A stretch of DNA of 42,256 bases, taken from IMG/VR virus record IMGVR_UViG_3300033565_000087, positions 1 through 42,256 of that record. One strand, written 5' to 3'. How positions within the stretch are numbered: the first letter of the stretch is position 1; every line of letters starts with the position of its first letter. This DNA is from a virus. Lineage: Duplodnaviria; Caudoviricetes. The notes under the pieces were generated by a model, which saw only the letters and a list, made by a program, of their open reading frames with translations, was not told where the DNA came from and made no database searches. This document shows positions 8,086 through 17,592 of the stretch, one piece after another. Position numbers and translations under genes: made by a program.

Positions 8086-8987
8086 TTTGGATCTCCATTA
8101 AATCTTGTTAGTTTAAACATAACAATAGTAATTACCAGAATAATTAAAGCAATAATGACAGATAACGCAGCTGAATATCCCATGTTTAATGCATCAAATG
8201 TTTGAAAATACATCCATGTCAACACAACTTCAGTTTGATGGAATGGATTTCCTCCTGTCAGTACTGATATAGGAGTATATGTATTAAATGCTCCAATCGT
8301 TAACATAATAAGAGCAAATACTATAGTTCCTTTAATCCCTGGAATTGTAATAAAGAAGAATTTTTGCACACCATTTGCTCCATCCATATCTGCTGCTTCA
8401 TATTGATCCTTAGAAACAGCTTGTAAAGCTGCCAAAAATATAATCATATTCCAGCCAATGCCCTTCCAAATGCCTAAAATCATCGCCACAAATAATGCTG
8501 ACCATCGAGTACTTAACCAACCTATCGGCTCATTAACAATATGAAATATATCGGAAATAAAATAGTTTAAGAGTCCATAGTTGCTGAATATATATCTAAA
8601 TAGCAGAGCAACAATAACCCATGAAGTTATTACAGGTAAATAGTACGAAATTCTAAAAAAAACGGAATATTTTGTGATTCCATTAATTAAGACTGCAATT
8701 AGCAACCCTAACGCAATCTGAAATGGTACAGTTACGACAACATAAACAAGAGTATTAACAATAGCTATTTTTGCTGTTGGATCATTTAATACTTTAATGT
8801 AATTGCCTAGACCAACATATGGAGATATTTGTTGATATCCAATCTTCCAATCAAAGAAACTCATAACAATCATTTTGATCATTGGATAAAACACAAACAT
8901 GGAAACAAAAATTAATCCCGGGATAAAAATCACCAAGATTCTCCAATCAAAACGATTTACTAATTTATTTTTTTTTGATTGCAACAT
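8082..8987 (-). CDS. Carbohydrate ABC transporter permease (MalF-like)
   Basis: YEAADMDGA EAA motif; VGLGNY; start placed at ATG 8987 after AAAGGAG (ORF extends to 9062). Confidence 0.9.
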   Translation of the reverse strand: MLQSKKNKLVNRFDWRILVIFIPGLIFVSMFVFYPMIKMIVMSFFDWKIGYQQISPYVGLGNYIKVLNDPTAKIAIVNTLVYVVVTVPFQIALGLLIAVLINGITKYSVFFRISYYLPVITSWVIVALLFRYIFSNYGLLNYFISDIFHIVNEPIGWLSTRWSALFVAMILGIWKGIGWNMIIFLAALQAVSKDQYEAADMDGANGVQKFFFITIPGIKGTIVFALIMLTIGAFNTYTPISVLTGGNPFHQTEVVLTWMYFQTFDALNMGYSAALSVIIALIILVITIVMFKLTRFNGDPK

Positions 8988-9028
8988 AATTTTAATTTGT
9001 GTCTCCTTTGATCTAATTAAAACAGAGG

Positions 9029-9060
9029 GGGGTATGTAATAATTAGATTGTACATACCCC
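9029..9060. terminator. Intercistronic hairpin after solute-binding protein gene
   Basis: Perfect 10-bp stem GGGGTATGTA/TACATACCCC. Confidence 0.6.
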
Positions 9061-9080
9061 ACACATCTATATAATAATAA

Positions 9081-10325
9081 TTAGCTACCTAATAATGCAT
9101 CAATTTCAGTTGCTGCTTCATCTAGTGCTGTTTTCACAGGTTTTGTTCCTGTGATAGCTTCAGCTACTTTAGCAGCAATAATATTTTCAACTTCACTCCA
9201 TTTTGCAATTACAGGTCTTGCTTTTGCAGTTAATAAAGCTTTAGCAAACACTGGTAACAATGGCATTGCTGCTACTGCTTCAGCATTTGTTAATGCTTCC
9301 AAATTAACTGGCATTTGTCCTACTTTCGCCATTTCAACTTGTGCATGAGTATCAGTCATAAATTTAACAAATTTCCAAGCAGCTTGTTGATGTGCTTCAT
9401 CTGAGGCTTTAAACTGCATGAAATTCTCTCCGCCTAGAACACTGATTGATCCAGCACTGCCTTCAGGAAGAGGAATCGCTTCATATTGAATGCCTGCTGT
9501 TTTGTTAGATGCCCCTCTCCAAGGTCCATCTAATTCCATAGCATAAGTTCCTGCTGACCATCCATCTGTATCACCAACAGCTCCTGGATCCATGGAAGGT
9601 CCAGCAACTACACCGGCTGCATATAAGTCAGCTAACTTTTGAATAACTTTTACAACGATTGGACTATTGATATACCCTTCTGCAGTTTTGTTATCTGGTG
9701 ACAATACATCTCCACCTTCACTCCAAATATATGGTCCAACATTCCATATTCCAGTCCAAGGTTCTACATATCCAATAACTTCATTCTTTGTCAGAGCCGT
9801 TGCCGTCGACCAAACCTCGTCAAGAGTTTTAGGTGCAGCGAGACCGGCTGCTGATAAAAGTGTCTTATTATAGAACAAAATCTTTGTATTGGTATTTGCA
9901 GCAATGCCATAATAATCGGACCCCATTAAGTTTGAACTATTTGGCTGGCCCAAAACTTTAGCTGCTTGAGCATCATAATCATCATAATCACTTAAAGCAA
10001 GTAATATATTTAAGCTTTGAAACTGAGGAACAAAAGCGATATCACCACGTAATACATCTGGTAAAACGCTTGTTTGTGCACCAAGAACGACACTGTTCTT
10101 AAGTGCTGACCAATCCATAAATACTTGATGCACCTTGATATTAGGATTTGCATCTTCAAATTCTGCAATTAAATCTTCTAAAACCTTTACTTGTCCATCA
10201 CCTGCCGAATAGTTATGCCAGAATTCAATTGTAACTTTTTCTGTTACTGCTTTTGGGGTACATCCAGTAAGTGAGGCGACCACAAACAAAGCTAGTATAA
10301 TGACAATAAATCTTTTTGCTTTCAT
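9081..10325 (-). CDS. Sugar ABC transporter solute-binding lipoprotein
   Basis: Signal peptide with lipobox LTGC; IEFWH, FYNKTLL, DGPW, AAWKFVKFM motifs of SBP family 1. Confidence 0.92.
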   Translation of the reverse strand: MKAKRFIVIILALFVVASLTGCTPKAVTEKVTIEFWHNYSAGDGQVKVLEDLIAEFEDANPNIKVHQVFMDWSALKNSVVLGAQTSVLPDVLRGDIAFVPQFQSLNILLALSDYDDYDAQAAKVLGQPNSSNLMGSDYYGIAANTNTKILFYNKTLLSAAGLAAPKTLDEVWSTATALTKNEVIGYVEPWTGIWNVGPYIWSEGGDVLSPDNKTAEGYINSPIVVKVIQKLADLYAAGVVAGPSMDPGAVGDTDGWSAGTYAMELDGPWRGASNKTAGIQYEAIPLPEGSAGSISVLGGENFMQFKASDEAHQQAAWKFVKFMTDTHAQVEMAKVGQMPVNLEALTNAEAVAAMPLLPVFAKALLTAKARPVIAKWSEVENIIAAKVAEAITGTKPVKTALDEAATEIDALLGS

Positions 10326-10500
10326 TTTTTTCCTTTAGTTCTTTCTTTTTTAGAAAACATTTAACCCCTTCATTCTGTAAACCCTTTAGTTCTTTTAATC
10401 TTTCTTTTACTTTCCTCCTTCATTTTATATCACCAGTTAAGAATCTGTTCTCAACTATGGTTCACTATGTTTTTATAATTTATTCTCTTGATTTTTATCT

Positions 10501-12234
10501 TTAAATAAGGTCTTCCATTCTTATTTCCAAATCATTTTCAATTATTTTTATAATTCTAAGTGCTTTTGGCTCTATAAATAGCTTGATGTTTTCTTCTTTT
10601 TTCTTTGGCAAATCCAAACTTATAAAGATCGAGATATCAAAATCAATACTCTTTCCACTTTCCGAACTATTAAACAGTGAAATTATTGTTTCTGTTTTAT
10701 ACTTTCTAACAAAACCATATATAGAATCATCTAGGTCTAAATGTTTAAAATCACCAATTTTCAATGCTTTATGCTCTTTTCTAATTTGGATCATCATTTG
10801 ATAGAACTGTAAAATTTCTTGATTAATTGAGTCCCATTTCATTGTTGTTCTACAATCCGGATCCGTTTCACCTTCAGTCCCGATTTCATCACCATAATAA
10901 ATGATAGGCATACCTGGATATGTCATTTGGAATCCGATAACCATTTTAAAAATTGATAAGTCACTTTCACATACAGTCAAGATTCTTTTTGTATCATGAC
11001 TTCCCAAAAGGTTATATAAAATGTTTGTTACTTGCATAGGATATGAAAATAACAATTTTTCAATTCTTGATTGAAACTCAAACTTATCAATACTTCCCTT
11101 AATGAAGTACTCAATAACATTTGTTCTAAACAAATAATTCATGACGGAATCTAATTGATCACCTCTCAATAAATCTCTTCCATCATGCCAAGTTTCACCG
11201 GTTAACAGGATCTCAGGATTGACCGATTTAGTAGCTTTTCTGAATTCTTGCCAAAACGTGGAGTCAACTTCATCAGCGACGTCTAGTCTCCATCCATCTA
11301 TATTGGTTTCTTTGATCCAATACGTTCCAACTGAGATTATAAACGCTCGCAATGTTGGCGACGAATAACGTAATTTCGGCATCCATTTATAATCACCAAC
11401 ACATTCATAGTTCACATTTTCTGTATCAATGCTATCGCCGTTAATGTAAAACCAATTCCAATATTGAGATTCCTTGCCTAGTTTGATTACATCTTGAAAT
11501 TGAAACGAATAATAACCAATATGATTGAATACTCCGTCTAGTACAATTTTCATTTGTTTTTTATGCGCTTGGTCCACTAAAGTCTGAAGATCGTTGATTG
11601 TCCCGAAAGAAGGATCAATTTTGAAATAATCTACAGTATCATATTTATGATTTGAATTGGAAGTAAATATTGGTGTTAAAAAGATGACTTCTATTCCAAG
11701 TTCCTTTAAGTAATCCAGCTTATTTAAGATACCTTGTAAGTTACCGCCAAAAGAGTTGATCCGATCCGGCTTGTTTTCCCAATTCTGATATGATCGATAT
11801 AATTCTTTCCCAATATGAAATCTATCAGGAAAGATATGATATCCCGTAATTCCTTCAGCCCAAGAAGGAATTGTGAATATATCTAACTCATTTGTACTCT
11901 GAAACTCAAAATACTCTCCATTATGTATTTCCTTAAATCCAGTTGGCGTATAAAATCTTTTTTCGTTACCAGAAATAACTTCGAAATAGTAATTTAAATA
12001 TCTTACCGGTTCTTTAAACGTTAACCTACAAAAATGGTAACTACTCTTGTTCATAATATCGTACGACTCTAATTTGATTGATTTTTTTCTGTGGTCATTA
12101 AATCTTTTCCAATATACAAGATTCACTTGAATCGGGCTTTCTAAATGACATTCAAACTTTATAAAGAGTGAATATCTTGTCATTGGATATATGTATTCTT
12201 TAGTTTCGTTATGTTTACACAAGTATTGATTCAT
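10501..12234 (-). CDS. GH13 neopullulanase/cyclomaltodextrinase-like alpha-glucan hydrolase
   Basis: FPDRF, SNHKYDT, DGVFNH, GWRLDVADE, GETW, LGSHD, DPDCR. Confidence 0.92.
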   Translation of the reverse strand: MNQYLCKHNETKEYIYPMTRYSLFIKFECHLESPIQVNLVYWKRFNDHRKKSIKLESYDIMNKSSYHFCRLTFKEPVRYLNYYFEVISGNEKRFYTPTGFKEIHNGEYFEFQSTNELDIFTIPSWAEGITGYHIFPDRFHIGKELYRSYQNWENKPDRINSFGGNLQGILNKLDYLKELGIEVIFLTPIFTSNSNHKYDTVDYFKIDPSFGTINDLQTLVDQAHKKQMKIVLDGVFNHIGYYSFQFQDVIKLGKESQYWNWFYINGDSIDTENVNYECVGDYKWMPKLRYSSPTLRAFIISVGTYWIKETNIDGWRLDVADEVDSTFWQEFRKATKSVNPEILLTGETWHDGRDLLRGDQLDSVMNYLFRTNVIEYFIKGSIDKFEFQSRIEKLLFSYPMQVTNILYNLLGSHDTKRILTVCESDLSIFKMVIGFQMTYPGMPIIYYGDEIGTEGETDPDCRTTMKWDSINQEILQFYQMMIQIRKEHKALKIGDFKHLDLDDSIYGFVRKYKTETIISLFNSSESGKSIDFDISIFISLDLPKKKEENIKLFIEPKALRIIKIIENDLEIRMEDLI

Positions 12235-12282
12235 CTTTTCACCTTAACAGCGAACGCTGACTTTTGATCCTTTCTAGCAACT

Positions 12283-13317
12283 CTATCGATTAGTATCAAA
12301 CTGACGAGTTTTTGTTGTTTCACGAATGTCAATATTCGTTGAAATTAGAAGACCTTGATCCATCGTATGTGTGTTTTCAATATGCTCAAAAAGAATTTTC
12401 GCTGATTGATATCCTAATTCAAACAGATTGACATTTACAGTACTTACTGTTGGATATAGAAGATCAGCTACTTGATTGGTATCAAAGCTTATTATTCCGA
12501 TATCGCCAGGGATCGATAGCCCTACTTCTTGTATAGCTCTAATTGCACCAATGCTTATCGTACTATCTGCACAAATTACAGCATCAGGTGCAGAATCGCT
12601 TTCTAAGAGTTTCTTCATATGAATATAACCTTCATTCTTATTATTGCTGCATTCAATGACTATAGATTTGTCTAGTTGAATATCACTTTTTTCGAGTCCA
12701 TTACAATATCCTTCGTAACGTCTATTCGAAAATATTTTAGTTTTATCCAATCCAATGAATGCAATTTTTGTGAATCCATTGTTTAGTAGTTCATACGTGG
12801 CCATCTCAGCACCCTTCTTATTGTCAATGTCTACCCAACTAAACGATTCTTTTAAATGTGTTGATTCTCCTATTGCAACAAAAGGAACGCCTTCTCGTTT
12901 TAAATCTTTCACCATTTGAGAACTTAAAATTGATGATGGGAGAATAACCCCATCTGTTCTTTTACTTTTAACCAACCAGTCAAGAATACTTTCTTTCTTC
13001 ATTGTTGTATTTAGGTTAGCTACAATAAGGCTATACTCCTTTTTATAAACTAATTTTTCAATACCATTCATAATTTCATAGAAAAAAGGATTTTGGAATG
13101 ATTTTTCATCATCAACATCAACTAGTAATGTAACCGTGTAAGACTTATTGTTTGTTAAAGCCTTCGCAATACTACTTGGAGAATAGTTCATAGCTTTGAT
13201 CACACTAAAGACCCTTTCCTTAGTTTCATCCGAAATTGACGGGCTATTATTGATTACTCTTGATACTGTTGAGCTAGATACTCCAGCCGCTTTTGCTACT
13301 TCCTTAATATTTGCCAT
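12283..13317 (-). CDS. LacI-family regulator (MalR-like)
   Basis: MANIKEVAKAAGVSSSTVSRVIN HTH plus sugar-binding domain. Confidence 0.95.
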   Translation of the reverse strand: MANIKEVAKAAGVSSSTVSRVINNSPSISDETKERVFSVIKAMNYSPSSIAKALTNNKSYTVTLLVDVDDEKSFQNPFFYEIMNGIEKLVYKKEYSLIVANLNTTMKKESILDWLVKSKRTDGVILPSSILSSQMVKDLKREGVPFVAIGESTHLKESFSWVDIDNKKGAEMATYELLNNGFTKIAFIGLDKTKIFSNRRYEGYCNGLEKSDIQLDKSIVIECSNNKNEGYIHMKKLLESDSAPDAVICADSTISIGAIRAIQEVGLSIPGDIGIISFDTNQVADLLYPTVSTVNVNLFELGYQSAKILFEHIENTHTMDQGLLISTNIDIRETTKTRQFDTNR

Positions 13318-13338
13318 GTTAGTTCCCTCTCATTCTAT

Positions 13339-13477
13339 TGGTATCGGTTGCATTAAATATAATCAATTATAATATTATTAATAAGGACTATATCCTCTTC
13401 AATAGGCTATAAATTTAAGTTTTTTGCAACCGTTTGCATTCTATTTTCAATTTAAAATTAAAGATTAATATTGTCAA
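13339..13477 (-). promoter_or_regulatory. Operon promoter with two LacI/cre-like operators
   Basis: TTGACA-17 nt-TAAATT (13477..13449); TGCAACCGTTTGCA at 13425..13438; TGGTATCGGTTGCA at 13339..13352. Confidence 0.6.
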
Positions 13478-13735
13478 ATATCTTTTAATATATTTTATTT
13501 ATGCTGAACACATTTATGATCAGCATTTTTTAAGAATACTAAAGAAAAACAAAATGGAATAAGAAGTCGTTCACCTAAATATAGTGAAAAGCTTGATGCT
13601 CGGGATCCGAGTACCATTAAATTCCGAAGATCGAATGTGTCGGATTTTATTAATAGGATAATTTGAAAGCAGTAAGTTTACAATGAGCTTTATGGGTTAG
13701 GGTGAGTTTGAAACAAATGGAATAATAGTGGGAGT

Positions 13736-13828
13736 ATCTCATGTCCTCCGCCATAGTGAATAAAACCCTTATTCTATAAGGGTTTTTTGATGTTTTTTCT
13801 GACTTCTGACCATACAATGACCATACAA
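13736..13828 (+). other. tRNA-Ser-like 3' fragment + terminator + arm repeats (att relic)
   Basis: ATCTCATGTCCTCCGCCA; AAAACCCTTAT/ATAAGGGTTTT hairpin; TGACCATACAA at 13807 and 13818. Confidence 0.6.
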
Positions 13829-13835
13829 ACTTAAT

Positions 13836-14981
13836 TTAGAAAGGCAAATCGTTTGGATCAATAATAATTTTCGAGTAATTCTCATTAATTCTTGACATTA
13901 CCAATTCAACATAAGCTGGAGCATATGTTGCCATTTGAATAGCAACAGAATTGTATCCTACTATTACCCGATCCAGGATCTCCTTTTTTACCTTATATTT
14001 ATCAACACAATTAATTCCAATTAACCTAAACACGTTTGATAATCCAACCTCTATATGAAAAGCATATTTCCCACTAATTTCTTTTTCTAATACTTTTAAG
14101 AAATCTGTCGTTTTCTCACTATCAAGCATTTCATCAATCTCAAAATTTTTATACCAGTTACCAGGCAGATTAGTAAATGGACTCTCAATATAAGTCTGAA
14201 CCATTACATTTATATCTTCGTTAATTTTCTGGATAAATTTGTTACTTAAATCTCTTGATTCATTCTCAAATATATTAGTAGTTACCACTTTATTCTCAAT
14301 TAATCCAAGACTTAAAAGTATATCATTCTCATTTTTGGCAGGACAAATTGTTATATTTCTCTCTGTAAATTTAAAAAATTCATCAATCAACAAACTCTTG
14401 TATTTTATGAATACATTATCGTTTGAGATCAGTGTAAATTGATATTCTAACTTTGAAGATTTCGCAAAATCCATAATTGACAGCCAAATTAGAGTATCTT
14501 TAAAACCTTTGTCACTACTTCCCTGTTCATTGTTGAAGGGTGCTGTTTTAAACCCAGCACGTGCTATTGTATCCTTCAGATATTTTTCGTAGTTGGTAAT
14601 TCTAATTCTATTCTTTGAAAACGTATTTTCTATAAAACCATCAACATTTTCGTCGCAGTTTTTTTTCGCTTTATCAATATTACTATAGTCTTTTATTGAA
14701 AGATACTTATGCACAATACCATCATCAAGCAATTTCCTAATTTCTATGTATTTATCGATTACTTCTTTTTTCCTTTGATATTTTATTTCATCAACACAAA
14801 TTTCCGGTATATAAGTTTTATACCCATACTTGCGTATCTTACTAATGGTGTCTGTTAAAGATCTATAATTGCTAAGAACATAATTGGTATCAAAAACGAT
14901 TATATGATCGCTTTTATCCGCCATGTTAGGGACCGGTATAAACTCCAAGCTTTCTTCCAAGTTATTTTCGTTTTTACTCAT
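13836..14981 (-). CDS. PIN-domain (DUF4935/PIN_8-like) putative ribonuclease
   Basis: VFDTN, IPEICVDE, GFKDTLIW, ISNDNVF acidic motifs. Confidence 0.75.
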   Translation of the reverse strand: MSKNENNLEESLEFIPVPNMADKSDHIIVFDTNYVLSNYRSLTDTISKIRKYGYKTYIPEICVDEIKYQRKKEVIDKYIEIRKLLDDGIVHKYLSIKDYSNIDKAKKNCDENVDGFIENTFSKNRIRITNYEKYLKDTIARAGFKTAPFNNEQGSSDKGFKDTLIWLSIMDFAKSSKLEYQFTLISNDNVFIKYKSLLIDEFFKFTERNITICPAKNENDILLSLGLIENKVVTTNIFENESRDLSNKFIQKINEDINVMVQTYIESPFTNLPGNWYKNFEIDEMLDSEKTTDFLKVLEKEISGKYAFHIEVGLSNVFRLIGINCVDKYKVKKEILDRVIVGYNSVAIQMATYAPAYVELVMSRINENYSKIIIDPNDLPF

Positions 14982-15183
14982 ATTATTATCTTATCATGAT
15001 TCAGTTCTTTACCACAATCAGCATTTATTGTGCAAATGCATAAATTAAACTTTTGCCATTTGGAGCAATTAAAATCATAAAGCACTCCTATTTCTCAAAC
15101 AAAGTGTAAAGACATCGCAAATGACTTAGCTAAACCCATTCTACACTCCTTTTACACAGAAGTTTATTTGCTTAAATATTTTT

Positions 15184-16528
15184 GGTAGTATAAAATATCT
15201 TGTGTAAACGTCCAAAATAGAAAAGGACGAAATTTCTATGAATAGAGGAAGCACTCCGTGTAAAATATTGGTGTCAAATCAACATACAAGGAGCACTTCC
15301 CATGTCTAATTTTAGCACAGAATTAATGAGCGCACTTTTCAAAGGTGAAAGTATCGATGAAGTAATGCGGGTTGAGTTGGAGTCCGCTGTGAACGAACTC
15401 TTGAAACTTGAGTTGACTGGATTTCTGGACTATGAGAAGTATGACCCAATTGGGTATAACTCAGGTAATTCACGAAATGGGACGTATTCAAGACAACTGA
15501 AGACCCGTTTCGGAGAGATTACGGTAGATATTCCTAGAGACAGAAACGGTGAGTTTAAGCAGCACACTGTACCCTTGTATAAGCGATCTACCGATGATTT
15601 AGAGTCTATGATCATTCGGATGTATCAGAGAGGGATCACAACTTCTGAGATCGCAGAATTGATTGAGAAAATGTATGGGACACATTACACACCTCAAACG
15701 ATCTCGAATATCGCTCAAGTCTTATCTGATCAGGTCGAAGTCTTTCATAAGCGGCCGATAAGTTCACGTTTCGTTTGTGTCTACCTGGATGCGACTTATC
15801 TGGCTTTAAGGCGTGATACGGTCTCAAAAGAAGCGTTACACCTCGTCGTGGGAATCAATGAGGAAGGACTCAAAGAAGTCCTGGATTATCGTCTATACCC
15901 TACTGAATCGTCTGAGAACTATAAGGAAATGCTTCTTGACCTCAAGACGAGAGGACTAAGTGAAGTGCTTCTGTTTGTGTCTGATGGGTTGGTTGGGTTA
16001 AGAGATGCCTGTTTAGAGATTTATCCATTGGCCGCGCACCAGAGCTGTTGGGTCCATATCTCAAGAAGAATTGGACATTTAGTACGAGCCAAGGATAAGG
16101 GCGTTGTCTTAGCTGATCTCAAAGAAATCTATCAGTCAGAAACTAAAGAGTTGTCTTACTCCCAAATCGAGACCTTCAAAGACAAATACCGATCTCACTA
16201 TCCCAAAGCCGTCAGAATCTTAGAAGACAATCCTAGTCTGACTAGCTTCTATGACTTCCCTCAAGCGATCCAAAGAAGTCTCTACACCACCAACTTGATT
16301 GAATGTCTCAATAAACAACTGAAACGTCAAACCAGGAAGAAAGAACAGTTTCCCAATGAAGCCTCACTCGAGCGCTTTGTCTGTAGTTTATTCATCGAGT
16401 GGAATCATAAATATTTGAAGCGGATCCATAAAGGATTCACGAAAGCAGAAAATGAATTGAATATCTTATTCGAATCCCAATATCACGAAGAAAGCTAAAT
16501 CAGTTTACACAAGATATTTGACAGTACC
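15184..16528 (+). mobile_element. IS256-family insertion sequence
   Basis: 26-bp terminal inverted repeats (15184..15209 / 16503..16528, 23/26 match) flanking a transposase. Confidence 0.92.
15302..16498 (+). CDS. IS256-family (Mutator) transposase
   Basis: NSRNG, PRDRNGEF, YLDA, SDGL, QSCWVH, YTTNLIE. Confidence 0.96.
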   Translation: MSNFSTELMSALFKGESIDEVMRVELESAVNELLKLELTGFLDYEKYDPIGYNSGNSRNGTYSRQLKTRFGEITVDIPRDRNGEFKQHTVPLYKRSTDDLESMIIRMYQRGITTSEIAELIEKMYGTHYTPQTISNIAQVLSDQVEVFHKRPISSRFVCVYLDATYLALRRDTVSKEALHLVVGINEEGLKEVLDYRLYPTESSENYKEMLLDLKTRGLSEVLLFVSDGLVGLRDACLEIYPLAAHQSCWVHISRRIGHLVRAKDKGVVLADLKEIYQSETKELSYSQIETFKDKYRSHYPKAVRILEDNPSLTSFYDFPQAIQRSLYTTNLIECLNKQLKRQTRKKEQFPNEASLERFVCSLFIEWNHKYLKRIHKGFTKAENELNILFESQYHEES

Positions 16529-16689
16529 ACACCATCTATTCAACTACTAAATAATTTTTTATCTATACATCTAATTCTGGATCTATCAAAAAAAATATCT
16601 CGTATTTTAACAAAATAAACATCCTCATAGCTAATACAAAATCAGAACTCAGATAAAGAAGTTTAAGAACATCAACATTTTGATAGTTA

Positions 16690-16698
16690 TGCTATAAT
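16690..16698 (+). promoter_or_regulatory. Extended -10 promoter of MTase
   Basis: TGCTATAAT upstream of AGGTG RBS and ATG. Confidence 0.55.
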
Positions 16699-16715
16699 CA
16701 AATCCAGGTGATTAC

Positions 16716-17528
16716 ATGAAAAATATTTTTACTAAAGAATCTGGATACGAACTGAATAACGTTTATTGCGGAGATTGCGTTGAGGGTATGAAAAAGATTG
16801 ACTCTGAGTCAATCGATCTTGTTGTTACATCGCCACCTTATGATGAAATAAGAACATATAATGGTTTCGATTTTGATTTGCATAAGACTGGAGAAGAAAT
16901 ATTCAGGATACTGAAAGATGGTGGAATATGTGTTGTAGTCATACAAGACCAAACAAAGGATTTTGGAAAAACATTGACTTCTTTCAGATTAGCAATTGAT
17001 TGGGTTGATAGTTTTGGATTTAAGTTATTCGAAACTGTCATTTATAGAAAAAACGGCACTGAAGGTGCATGGTGGAAATACAGGTTTAGAGTGGACCATG
17101 AGTACATTCATATTTTCCTTAAAGGAAAAAGACCAGCTTACTTTAATAAAGAACCACTAAAAATCCCGTCTAAACATGGTGGTAAAGTAATGTCAGGGAG
17201 TGGAAATCGAAAGACGAATGGGGAGACTACTCAGACTGTTCGAAGAGAAATAAATGCGACAAAGTGTCGAGGAACCGTTTGGGAATATATGATGGCTGGT
17301 GATAAAAATCCATTAAAAAGAAAACACCCTGCAGTATTTCCAGATCAAATCCCTCTTGATATAATTCAATGTTTTTGTCCAGAAAATGGCATTGTTCTTG
17401 ATCCTTTTCTAGGAAGTGGTTCAACTGCAGTTGGTGCGCTAAAGTTAGGAAGAAATTTTATTGGATTTGACATTTCAGAAGAATACTGTACATTAGCAAG
17501 GGAAAGAATCAATGTAGATGTAAAATAG
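16716..17528 (+). CDS. Beta-class DNA methyltransferase, probably N4-cytosine
   Basis: TSPPY catalytic motif before HPAVFP and DPFLGSGST. Confidence 0.9.
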   Translation: MKNIFTKESGYELNNVYCGDCVEGMKKIDSESIDLVVTSPPYDEIRTYNGFDFDLHKTGEEIFRILKDGGICVVVIQDQTKDFGKTLTSFRLAIDWVDSFGFKLFETVIYRKNGTEGAWWKYRFRVDHEYIHIFLKGKRPAYFNKEPLKIPSKHGGKVMSGSGNRKTNGETTQTVRREINATKCRGTVWEYMMAGDKNPLKRKHPAVFPDQIPLDIIQCFCPENGIVLDPFLGSGSTAVGALKLGRNFIGFDISEEYCTLARERINVDVK

Positions 17529-17552
17529 CTCCCCTTTTGTGACAATGAAGAC

Positions 17553-17580
17553 AAGCACTTTCCATTCAAGAAAAGTGCTT
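17553..17580. terminator. Hairpin between convergent genes
   Basis: AAGCACTTT/AAAGTGCTT. Confidence 0.5.
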
Positions 17581-17592
17581 CTATTTTATCGA

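Noticed and set aside
15149-15170. TTTTACACAGAAG as a second IS256 end
   Set aside because: Match too short, with no terminal CC and no partner repeat
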